From NCBI RefSeq assembly GCF_018977255.1, contig NW_024704742.1, forward strand, positions 101,930,001 to 101,994,000: DNA of 64,000 bases, read 5' to 3'. The notes below the pieces were generated by a model that was not told the DNA's origin, made no database searches, and was given only the letters and a program-made list of their open reading frames with translations. Source of the stretch: Callorhinchus milii (taxonomy: Eukaryota). The position numbers were made by a program, and so were the translations under genes. Of this stretch, positions 1-11,302 are shown piece by piece. The first letter of the stretch is position 1, and every line of letters starts with the position of its first letter.

Positions 1-192
1 AAAAAATTGGTCACTCAATCCACGACTGTTTTGTGGGACACTGCTGTGCACAATTGGCTTCCGAGTTTCGTCCACAAAATACATAGTCAATTCACTTGCA
101 GAAAATTCTATAGTTTAACTTTGGTGAAACGCTTTGAGACATCACAATGACGTAATAAGGCACTATATCAAATGCAAGGAATATTATTATTA
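1..192 (+). mobile_element. 3' part of a tRNA-derived SINE, cut by the window edge
   Basis: Family body (ccacgactgt...gtgggacactgctgtg...gtcaattcact) and tail (tatatcaaatgcaagga + (TTA)n). Confidence 0.85.
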
Positions 193-373
193 CTAACGTT
201 CGTTGAATCTCTTTAAATTTCACTGTTGTTCTCCCCACTAATTTGGGTATTTTTCACCATCAGGAAATCATCAGATTTAGTTTCAAGCAGGTTTTACACT
301 GTCTGCTACTATCAAATGGTCTAATATTGGTGGTACTTTTAAGATACAGGGCATCATTGATTTTACCCTCATT

Positions 374-472
374 AGTATCAAATAATTTTAATTTTAATTT
401 AATTTAATGTAACTTCAGTATCAAGTAATTTTAATTTATAATTAATTTAATTTAAAGTAATATAAGTATCAA
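374..472. repeat. Imperfect AT-rich tandem repeat, about 45-bp unit starting agtatcaa, about 2.3 copies
   Basis: agtatcaa-taattttaattt...aatttaa-gtaa recurs, followed by a third agtatcaa. Confidence 0.6.
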
Positions 473-2406
473 GGCTAACATCCAGCTTGTGTGCAGCCAA
501 TTCATAAAATTGTCAGTTAAGAAACAGCTTGATGCTCTACTGGGTAGACAACAGGGGTTGTTTTACTGGAAGAATTAGATTAAATGGGTTAAAGGACGTT
601 TTTCATCTCTACTTCTCTTGTGATTTCATCTGATGAGACACTGGGGTGTCGGCCTAGTTTAGAGGCTGAAGTCCCGCTGGGGCGAGTGGGGGAGCTTGAA
701 TCCAAAGGCAAGACAACAACCAACTGGATGGTTGTATAATTCTGTTCCATTGTGAAGCATTAGTTTGAAGGATAATTTTTTTAAAAAAGGGAATGAAGTT
801 TCATACAGGTCTTTGTAATATTTCAATAAGTCTCTGGACCACTGTGTAAGTAAAGTGTTCTGGCAGGAACTTCACTTGTTTTATTATCCAACTGTAATCC
901 ACTTGGCAAGAGCCTGCACACTCTTCTCTATTATTAGTTAATCTGAAACTCTATGGAAGGTTTTTTTTGTTTATGAGGCTTTTAGTTTGAGTGATATCCT
1001 GCCATGGTTTGGTGTGTTGATTTTCATATTGCTGCTCCCAAGTTATATAGTACTGTGTGTTTGATGAATAATTGAGGGTGCATTTAATCTGTTTCAGCAT
1101 TGAATCAAATCCAAAGCCCTTTAGAGACAGTTGCAAGGTTACTCATTCAGCAGAGCTGGTTATGTGGCAGTAAACAGCCACAATACATTTCAGCATTCAG
1201 TTTGGTCAGTGTTTTTTTTCCTGATTTTTTTTTTAAGAGAGGAATGTTACTGAACTGCATTATGTTATAATGATCATAGTGTTAGAACTAAGACAGTTAA
1301 AATGGAGATCATGTAAAAAGAAACCTCACAGAGTTGTGAAAATGTGGAGTGGACTGCCCCAGAGGCTGAATCACTGAGTTACCAATAAACTCCTGATAAC
1401 TCGACCCTGGCTTGACTTGTCACTACAATTTAAGTCATGGTGCTGTCAATATCTTGGCAACATTTATGTATGTATGTATTTATACATATGCCTAACTCAC
1501 CACTAACTCACCACATAACTCGTCATAGAGTTTCAGATTAACTAATAATATAGAAGAGTGTGCAGGGTCGTTTCCCTTGGAATGAAAAGTTATTAGGAGT
1601 TTACTGCATCCAGATACTTGGGAAGTAAGGGTAATAAAGGGTACAGGAAAGGGGATTTAAAGATCTACCAAGACAAAAACAAATTACATTTTTATAGTGC
1701 CTTTCACGTCATGAGGACGTCCCAAAGCTCTGGACAGTCAGGGATTTGGACCCAAGCCGGGTTTGGAGGGGTGGAGGGCAGGGAGGGTAGGGATAGGAGG
1801 ATGATTGCCTTGAAGGAAACTGGTAGAGTAGGCTTGGTGACTTCCTCTTGTTACTCTGTCTCAGTGCAAAACGTAAGGATAGTGAGCAGCAGATGCTTTC
1901 TTGGGTTTAAGTCCGGCTCCCAGACTAGTCCAGACTGCTGGGTTCATGGCTGTAGGATGCATATGGCCCATCTCCAGAATGTGGAGGAGCTGAGAGGAAA
2001 AGAACTCAAAATGACAACTCTCCGTGAAAGCAACAAATTTAATTAATATTAAGCGCGGTCTCCTTGGAGCTGAATTGGCTCCACAGTGACAAGCTTGGCA
2101 AGGGAATGCAGGAATTGATTCAATTCTCTCTGGTGATCTCAGTATTCCTGTTCCTGAGTCAGATGGGTCTTCAGTACACCACTGCTGATAACAGACCAGC
2201 CAGCCTGGCTTGTTGGCAGGATTTGGCTCAAGTGACACTGCAAGTCAAAGCCCTAATGGGTAGGGTGGTCCTAGCTAACAAGACAGCAGGAAAGCTTGCC
2301 AGATTGTACAAGGTGGCAAAGTACGTGGTTTCAGTTAATAAAGCTCAACTGAAGGAGTAGATAATAATACTGCCACGTGCAAGCAAAACTGGAAAGAATA
2401 CATATT

Positions 2407-2729
2407 GTGGAGTCCTGTAGCTCAGTCATTAGAGCACTCGCCTCACCAGCGAGAGACCTGGGTTCTATTCCCAGCAGGGCGAAACGTTGGGCAAATTTTC
2501 TCACTCACACGGGTCTGTTTACCTAGCAGTAAGTAGGATGCTGGTTGTTAGTCAATTGGCAGATCGCTTTTACGGGGGTAATAATTCCTTCAAAAAAAAG
2601 AATAATTGGTCACTCAATCCACGACTGCTGTATGCAATTGGCTGCCATGTTCTGCCCACAAAATATACAGTCAATTCACTTTACAGTATATTCTGTGAAG
2701 CGCTTTGAGATGTCTCAAAGACGTGATAA
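2407..2729 (+). mobile_element. tRNA/CORE-like SINE, long form; its tail continues at 5392-5433 after an L2 insertion
   Basis: A/B-box head (tagctcagtc...ggttctattcc), then ttgggcaa...ctgtttacctagcagtaa and the family body. The tail stops at acgtgataa and resumes as aaggcggtatatcaaatgcaagg at 5392. Confidence 0.88.
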
Positions 2730-5391
2730 TAATAATAATAAGATTTCATTTATAGAGCGCCTTTCCCGTCCGGAGGACATCCCCAAGGCGCTGGACAGTT
2801 GGGTCCGGACCCGACCAATGGGAAATGGTCAGGGTGAGAGGAGGGAAGGGAGGGAGCGAGGAGGGGGTAGAGAGTCGAGAGGGGAGCTGAAGACACGGTC
2901 AAAGAGAAAGGTCTTGAGACCGGCCTTGAAGGAGGAAAGGGAGGAGGCGGCGAAGGCACTGGGGGATGGAGTTCCAGAGCCTGGGGCTGAGAGGCTGAAG
3001 GCCCGGCCACCGATGGTAGGGCGGTTGGGGGGGGATGTGGAGCAGACCGGAGCCAGAGGAACGGAGGGTACGGGCAGGTATGTAGGGGGATAGTAGGTCA
3101 GAGAGGTAGGAGGGAGCAAGGCCGTGAATGGCCTTGTAGGTGAGGATGAGGATCTTGAATTCGATCCTCTGGGGGATGGGGAGCCAGTGGAGGCGAGCGA
3201 GGGTGGGAGTGATGTGGTCGCGAAGCCTGGTGCGGGACAGTACACGAGCTGCAGAGTTCTGAATGACCTGCAGCTTGTGGAGGGAGGTGCCGGGAAGGCC
3301 GGCGAGGAGAGAGTTCCCATAGTCCAGCCTTGAGGTGACAAAGGCGTGGACCAGAGTTTCAGCAGCGTGAGGGGTGAGGTAGTGCCGTAGTCTGGCGATA
3401 TTCCGGAGGTGATGGAAGGCGGTGCCAGTTGTGGCGCAGATATGAGGGAGAAAGGACAGCTCAGGGTCGAACAGAACCCGAGGTTCCTGACTGGCTTTGA
3501 GAGGTGGAGAGTGCAGCCTTGGATGCTGATGCTGTCAGCGCCTGAGGTGCGGAGGCGCTGACGTGAGCCAATCAGGAGGGCCTCAGTTTTGCGCACGTTG
3601 AGCTGAAGAAAGTTGTCTCTCGTCCAGGACTCGATGTCGGACAGGCAGCTGTCAGGACATCGGTGGTCGTGGAGTTGAGGTAGAGGAGGAAAGGTAGAGT
3701 TGGGTGTCATCCGCATACATGTGGAAGTTAACCCCATGTCTGCGGATGATGTCACCAAGGGGGAGCATATAGAGGGTGAAGAGGAGGGGACCGAGGACAG
3801 AGCCCTGAGGGACACCGCACGAGACAGTGCGGGGGTGGAGGAAAAGCCGTTTGTGGAAACAAAATGAAGACGGTGGGAGAGGTACGACCTAAACCACTCA
3901 AGGACAGGGCCTTGAAGGTTGAGGTGGGAGGACAAGCGGTGGAGGAGGATAGCATGGTCGACCGTATCGAAAGCTGCCGATAGGACGAGGAGGCAGAGGG
4001 AGCCCTGGTCGCAGATGGTCAAGAAGTCATTGGTGACCTTGACCAGGGCAGTTTCTGTGCTATGGGCAGCACGGAAACCTGACTGAAGGGGTTCGAATAA
4101 TGAATGGGTGGAGAGGAAAGAGCGCAGCTGGGAGGCGACAACTCTTTCAAGGACCTTGGACAGGAAGGGGAGGTTGGAGATGGGCCGGTAGCTTGATAGC
4201 TGCGACGCATCAAGGGAGGGTTTTTTCAAGGTGGGAGTGATGGTGGCAGTTTTTAGGGGAATGGGAACAGAGCCAGAGGAGAGGGACAGGTTGATGATGT
4301 CTGTGATATGTGGGGCAAGGAGGTGGAGCTGAGAGATAAGGAGTGGAGTGGGGATGGGGTCAAGGGAGCAGGTGGTGGGTTTCAGGGACAGGATGAGTTT
4401 GGTGACAGAGGGTGGGGAAACGGGTTCGAAGGTGTGTAGGGGAGGATGGGTAGGAGTCGGAGTGTGGGAGGGAAGGGGTGGGGGTGGGTGGAAGTTGGAG
4501 GGGAAGTGACCGCGGAGCGGATTCCCTTGATTTTGGATTCAAGGAAATCCAGCATCTCCTCGCAGTGAAGGTTGGAGGAGATGACCTGCGCGGGGTGGCG
4601 GGGGGGACGGAGGAGTCGGGATGTGGTAGAGAACAGAAGCCTGGGGTTGTTCTTCGCCTCCAGGATTATCCTGGAGTAGAAGGACGACTTGGCCGAGGCT
4701 AGAGTGGAGCGGTAGATTTTGAGGAGGTCCAGCCAGATTTGTCGGTGGACCGTTAGGCCAGATTTGACGCAGGTGTGTTCAGCGGCCCGCACCTGGCTCT
4801 TCAGTGAGCGGAGGTGGGTGGTGAACCAGGGGGAGGAGCGAGAGTAGGAGACAGTACGGGAGGTGATGGGGGCAAGAGTGTCGAGTGTGGAGGAGAGGGT
4901 GTTGTGGAGGAGGGTGAGAGGAGAAGAGGGATCAGTGAGGGATGAAGGCCAGAGGGAGAGGAGTTCAGAGGACTCCAAGGCAATGATTAGGGATTGTGGG
5001 GTTAACTTCTTCCAGGGGCGGTAGAAGATGGTGGTGGGTCTGGTGGAGGTGGGGAGGGGGGTGGAGGTGGTGAAGGAGATGAAGTGGTGAACGGAGATGG
5101 CCTTGTCGGTAATGGTGACATCCGAGACACTGAGGCCCCGGGTGATCACCAAATCGAGTGGGTGGCCGTGACTGTGAGTGGCGGAGTTGATGTGGAGGGA
5201 GAGGTTGAGCGAGGAGAGCAGGGAGAGAAGTCCGAGGAGATGGAGCAGGAGGGGGTGAAGTGCAGGTTGAAGTCGCCCAGGATGATGAGGCGATCAGAGC
5301 AGAGGCAGAGAGATGTAAGTAGTGTAGAAATATCGGTGATGAAGGTGGGAGAGGTATTAGGGGGCCGGTAGAGGAGGAGGATTTTGAGTGA
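2726..5391 (-). mobile_element. L2-clade LINE, about 2.7 kb, 5'-truncated, frameshifted ORF2 (endonuclease C-terminus plus RT)
   Basis: Minus-strand peptides LIILGDFNLH (APE endonuclease), YRPISNLPFLSKVLE, QSGFRAAHSTETAL, AFDTVDH, and MYADD at about 3706-3720. L2-type 3' end with a trinucleotide tail. Confidence 0.95.
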
Positions 5392-5837
5392 AAGGCGGTA
5401 TATCAAATGCAAGGAATATTATTATTTATTATTCGTGCTCTCATTTAATGCAGAATGAAGAATACTTACCAATGTCGGAAATCTGTTACTCCAATAAAGT
5501 CTAAAGATTTAATTTACAGTTTTGTGTGGGATCCATATATATGGCAAGCTACATGGGTTTAGCTGCTCAAACTACAAGCTTTGTCTCTCAACAACTTGTA
5601 CCAAATACTTTCTGGAATTAGATAAGCAGCACTCTCTCCATTCCAGAGACAGAGACACGGACATTTCCGTATGCAGGTGGTATATATATGTGGAACTCTC
5701 AGTCGGGTTTGGATACTCTTAAGCATGGTGGTAGGTTTCCACCTATGTCAGACATTCACTTGACCAAAGAAAATATTATTGTAAAACAGATTGAGGCCTT
5801 TTGGCCCACATATTTGTACTGATGTGAGCTCTCCCAC

Positions 5838-6163
5838 TGCATTCGATATAGCACCTTATCACATCTTTGAGATGTCTCAAAGCGCTTCACAGAATATACT
5901 GTGAAGTGAATTGACTGTATATTTTGTGGCTGAAATGTGGCAGGCAATTGCGCACAGTAGTGTCTCACAAACAGTCGTGGATTGAAGTGACCAATTTTTT
6001 TTTGAAGGAATTATTACCCCCGGAAAAGCGATTGCCAATTGACTGACAAGCAGGTTCCTACTTACTACTCGGTATACAGAGGGGTGTGGAGTAAGGAAAC
6101 TTGCCCAATATTTCGCCCTGCCGGGAATTGAACCCAGGTCTCTCGCTTGCAGTTGCTAACAAC
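5838..6163 (-). mobile_element. tRNA/CORE-like SINE, long form, head degenerate
   Basis: Reverse complement of the family body, CORE-like segment and B box. Confidence 0.85.
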
Positions 6164-8330
6164 TACCCTACAGAACTAGAAAAAGTGACATTTATTACAA
6201 TTTCTACATATATAGCTGTAGGAAGTACATTGAACACGATATATTCCACCTAAACCTTTTTTTCCCCCCCATTTGATTTCCCCCTTGGCATTTAATACAG
6301 TATTAAGTTTGGTTTGGGATCTTAGCCATTTGCAACAGAAAACCTTTGGTTTATTTTTTCTTTAATCCTATTTTGTACCTCTTCGTCTCTTTCTGCGCTG
6401 CTAATTGTTACATATGTAAAATCCCATATATATAATTATTTTAACATACACACGATCTTTATACTGTATTTTCCACCACGGATGTTTAATCAAATGTATG
6501 CGACTGAGTTCATGATTGAAACAGGACTGGAGACCTGCAAGAGCACAGAATAACTCAGTTTGCTTGACTCTCAGGATATCCAAAATCATTATAAAACCAC
6601 TTTTAGGAGTGCTGTTACACTGTTCACATTTTAGTTCAATTCAATCTTGTTTATTCTCATTCTCTCTCGGGGTGTCTTTTTTAAAAAAAAGCTTGTCTCA
6701 CTGTTCAGACAAAAGCTGCTGCAATTCTTTCTGCATGTGTAAATATTTGATAGAAAACAGAGTGTTGCAGCATGGAAGCAAGTCATTCGGCCCAATTAGT
6801 CAGTGGAATCTATACTCCACATAAGCCTCCTCGTCCCCACACTGTTACCCCTCTGTTCCCTTCTCTCTCGTGTCTACAAAAAAGTTTCCTCTTCAATCTG
6901 TTGATGCTTTTTGTTTCAACCACAGCTTCCAGCAGCATATTCCACAGTCTCAACACCTTCTGCATAAAGAAGTTTTTCCTAAGCTCCCTTTCAGAATCTA
7001 CCCCAAGCCATCTATGTACTTATGACTATTTATTATATAGCTTTCACATACAAAATACACATACAGTCTACACCTTAGTGAGATCTATTTACAGTAAATC
7101 TGAAGTGCTTTGAAATATCCTCCAAACGTGAAATGCAAATCCAAAGATTGTTATTTTTCCAACTATATTGGTGATGCATTTTAAATGTTCTGTTACTACA
7201 ATACGAGTGTCTCCTGGAGAGTTAACTGTAAACCTGTGTCTAAGAGTTTTTTGTTGTCTGACAACACGTGTATGCACAGCAAATCGCATATTAAACCTTA
7301 CCCAATCGAAAAACTGCAATGACACTTCTGATAAAATAAGAAGTGGTGATCTAAGATTAAGCAGTGACAAAACAGTTTGTTTTACCTCAGGGACATGGCT
7401 GTAATGTTTTCATTTTCTTTTTGTTATTATAATTAACAATGTTATCAGATGGGAGGAGTAATTGAACAAACCTGAATTACAGATTTTAAAAGCATTATCT
7501 TTAATGAGTTTTCTAAGTACCGGTGTAACAACCAGTTAGGTTTGCATTTAAAAAAAGGGTCCACTCAATCCACTAACAAACAGGCTTGTTAGCTTGTAAA
7601 AGGATAACTATTCAAATCACGCAGCAGTCTTGAGTTATTTAATTTTCACTGGGATAATATTGTTTAAGGGTTCTAGTAAGGATAAGGGATGATGGTGCTT
7701 TGCCTGGTGTAGGATGTATCAAACTGCAAACCCAATTGTGTTTCTGCCATTGCAAATTTTGTCTGCTTTCACAGTGTAAATATCAAGTGTGAATATGATC
7801 GAATGTGACTGTGATGGCTTTCAGCTTTGATAGCCGTTGTGCTCACACGAGAGCCAGTAGCAGATTTAAAAGGGAGTTTAGGAGGAACTTGTTTATAAAG
7901 AGGGTGGTGAGAACGTTGTTGGAAGCTGTAACTGAAGCAAAAAAAGTATTTGAGAGGAAACATGAGGGAGAAGGGAATAGATAGGTCTGCCTCTGCCATG
8001 ACCACTGACACTCTCATCCATTTAACACGTCCAGGGTTGACAATGCCAACGCTCTGCTTGCCAGATTCCCCAGCTCTTCCCTACAACTATTCAGAACTCT
8101 GCAGCTCATATCCTTTCCCATACCAGGTTCCGAAAGCCTATGACCCCTTCCTTCGCTCTGCTTTGTTGGCTTCTTAACCCCCAGGAGACTGAGTCCAAGA
8201 CCTGCATTCTCACCTATAGATACTCCTGTGGTCTCACCCCTCCCTACCAGAACTACCATTCTGGAGTTCTTCCAACTCGCCTCTTCACCTTGATCAAAGT
8301 TCATCTCAAACAGTCATCTTTCCCCCTTTC

Positions 8331-8551
8331 CTAATAATAATCCCTCCAAAAACCAAAAACAATAATAAATTGGTCATTTTCAATCCACGACTGTTTGTGG
8401 GACATTGCTGTGCGCAATTGGCTGCCGCGTTCGCCCACAAATATACAGTCAATTCACTTTACAGTATATTCTGTGAAGCGCTTTGGGACGTCCTCCCGAC
8501 GTGAAAAGCGCTATATCAAATGCAAAGATTATTATTATTATTATTATTATT
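8331..8551 (+). mobile_element. 5'-truncated SINE (short form), next to an L2 fragment (about 7990-8330) inside an old CR1 3' end
   Basis: ctaataataatccctcc...gggacgtcctcccgacgtgaaaagcgctatatc + (TTA)n. Confidence 0.85.
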
Positions 8552-8925
8552 TCAACCTCTATTGTACTTTTAAGGATCCTGAGACATCCTCCTGACGTGA
8601 AAATTGCTATATAAATGTAAATTTGTATTATATTAAAGAAGGAATAAAGGGATTTCTGTGATGTATAAACACCAGCACAGATTAGTTGGGCTGAATGGCC
8701 TGTTTCCATGCCATATCATACGATGTGGTTGTATACAGGCAACTGTGTGATTTAAGAGCAACTAATTTACAATAAAATGTATTCCACCTCCACCAACTAT
8801 ACAAAAGTATAACGCACACAGCATGCTCAAGAACAGAGTACAATTAAGCTTAGTTGGTAGCACTCTTACATGAATACTATATGAATTACAAGAATTATTG
8901 TTATTGTAAGCTTTGTATACAATAA

Positions 8926-9754
8926 TCAGGCGCTGACAGCATCAGCATCCAAGGCTGCACTCTCCACCTCTCAAAGTCAGTCAGGAACCTCGGGGTTCTG
9001 TTCGACCCTGAGCTGTCCTTTCTCCCTCATATCTGCTCCACAACTGGCACCGCCTTCCATCACCTCCGGAATATCGCCAGACTACGGCACTACCTCACCC
9101 CTCACGCGGCTGAAACTCTGGTCCACGCCTTTGTCACCTCAAGGCTGGACTATGGGAACTCTCTCCTCGCCGGCCTTCCCGGCACCTCCCTCCACAAGCT
9201 GCAGGTCATTCAGAACTCTGCAGCTCGTGTACTGTCCCGCACCAGGCTTCGGGAACACATCACTCCCACCTTCGCTCACCTCCACTGGCTCCCCATCCCC
9301 CAGAGGATCGAATTCAAGATCCTCATCCTCACCTACAAGGCTATTCACGGCCTTGCTCCCTCCTACCTCTCCGACCTACTATCCCCCTACCTACCTGCCC
9401 GTACCCTCCGTTCCTCTGGCCCCGGTCTGCTCCACATCCCCCGCCCCAACCGCCCTACCATCGGTGGCCGGGCCTTCAGCCTCTCAGCCCCGAGGCTCTG
9501 GAACTCCATCCCCCAGTGCCTTCGCCGCTTGCTCCCTTTCCTCCTTCAAGGCCGGTCTCAAGACCTTTCTCTTTGACTGTGCCTTCAGCTCCCCTCTCGA
9601 CTCTCTACCCCCTCCTCGCTCCCTCCCTTCCCTCCCCTCACCCTGACCATTTCCCCCCAATGCTCGGGTCCTGACCCAACTGTCCAGCGCCTTGGGATGT
9701 CCTCCCGACGTGAAAGGCGCTCTATAAATGGAATCTTGTTGTTGTTGTTGTTGT
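8926..9754 (+). mobile_element. L2 LINE 3' end (about 830 bp), young, near-identical to 2726-3545
   Basis: Direct reverse-complement match to the 3' end of the 2.7-kb copy. Ends aggcgctctataaatggaatc(TTG)n. Confidence 0.95.
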
Positions 9755-10149
9755 GATTTTAGGATTTCATATTATCTGAGTTAAGTCAAATCTATCAGAT
9801 TGGATCAGCAGATAGAAAGTTTGGATTTTCTCTTATTCACAAATAATTTAAACATTTGCAAACAGAAAATATTTGTGTTTCATCAGATTTTGATTTCTTT
9901 AAAAAAAACTCATATTCATACTTTTAGAACACAGCAAGCTTTTCACTCTTTGTATGTCTTTCTTCCACTTTCTTTTACCTTTTTATTATCATTTATTTTC
10001 AGATATATTTGAATAATTGCTTCTATTCTATCCCTTTGCATGAATTGCTTTGGCATTTGAAGAAAAAAACTTCATCTATAATGAACAATGATGGTGTTAA
10101 TTAACTGAGTGCGCAGCTGGATATATAAAGAAATGCAACGTTTCTACTT

Positions 10150-10476
10150 GTGGAGTCCTGTAGCTCAGTGGTTAGAGCACTCGCTTTGCAAGCGAGAGAC
10201 CCGGGTTTAATTCCAGGCAGAGGGCGAAACCTTGGGCAAGTTTCCTTACTCCACACAGAGCCTAATAATAATCCCTCCAAAACCAAAACCAATAATAAAT
10301 TGGTCATTTTCAACCCACGACTGTTTGTGGGACATTGCTGTGCGCAATTGGCTGCCGTGTTTACCCAAAAATATACAGTCAATTCACTTTGCAGTATATT
10401 CTGTGAAGCACTTTGGGACGTCCTCCCGACGTGAAAAGCGCTATATCAAAAGCAAGGATTATTATTATTATTATTA
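10150..10476 (+). mobile_element. Full-length tRNA-derived SINE, short form
   Basis: Head gtggagtcctgtagctcagtggttagagcactcgctttgcaagcgag, B box, body, L2-like tail and (TTA)n. Confidence 0.92.
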
Positions 10477-10689
10477 AAATGGATCTGAAGCAAATGATGA
10501 CTGTTTTCAATTTGTTGTAATACTTTGATATTATATTGAGTTCAGATGGTCAGAGCATGGTCATACAGAGATAGTTTTGAGGTACCTAGGCCTCAAAGAT
10601 GAAAGAATAATGTAATAACATGACAACCCAGCCCCTAATGCATATTTTGAAACCTGTCAGCATCAACTTCAGTCAAAAGGTCAAGCATG

Positions 10690-11302
10690 GGAGGGCAGAG
10701 GCAGCTGAACAGATCCTCTCGATTTTGGTCTCAAGGAACTCCAGCATCTCCTCGCAGTTGGAGTTGGAGGAGAGGATGGTCGAAACATGAGAGGGTGGAC
10801 AGAGGGTGGCAGTGAAGAAGATGAGCCTGGGGTTGTCCTTGGCCTCCAAGATTACCTTGGAGTGGAACGACGATTTAGCAGAGGCGAGGCCTTTTTTATG
10901 TGGCCCAGCCAGATCTGCCGGTGGACGGTTAAATCAGATTTGAGCCAAGGTGCATTCGGTGGCATGCACCTGACCCTTCAGTGAGCGGAGGTGGCTGGTA
11001 TACCAGGGTGAGGTGAGGGGGCCAAGGACATCGAGAATGGTGGAGAGGCAGTTGTGGAGGAGAGTGACCGAGAAGGATAAGTTGGTGAGGGAGGTCAGCC
11101 AGAAGGGGAGGAGTTCGGACGACTCCAGGGCAGCAGAGAGGGAGTGCGAGGAGATTCTTTCCCAGGGGAGTAGGAGACCGAGATGTGTTGGGTGGCAGTG
11201 GGGAGAGGAATTGAAGAGTTACGGTAGATGAAATGGTGATCTGAGATGGCTTTATCGTTGACTGTGAGGTCTGAGACACTGAGGCCCCAGGTTATCACCA
11301 GG
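10690..11302 (-). mobile_element. Older internal L2 ORF2 fragment
   Basis: ITWGLSVSDLTVNDKAISDHHFI aligns to ITRGLSVSDVTITDKAISVHHFI of the 2.7-kb copy. Confidence 0.85.

Noticed and set aside
2829..5412. Long minus-strand ORFs (466, 256 and 88 aa) as a host gene
   Set aside because: They are frameshifted pieces of L2 ORF2. The Pro/Ser-rich stretches are off-frame LINE sequence.
8395..8595. Recurring small ORFs such as WDIAVRNWLP...[13 protein letters not shown]
   Set aside because: They are translations of the SINE body and recur because the SINE recurs.
10150..10225. tRNA-Ala/Val genes at SINE heads (also 18145, 27264, 31556, 39848)
   Set aside because: There is no proper acceptor stem or terminator, and the heads run into SINE bodies (31556 is a truncated head). 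Their presence in a tRNA-modification gene is coincidental.
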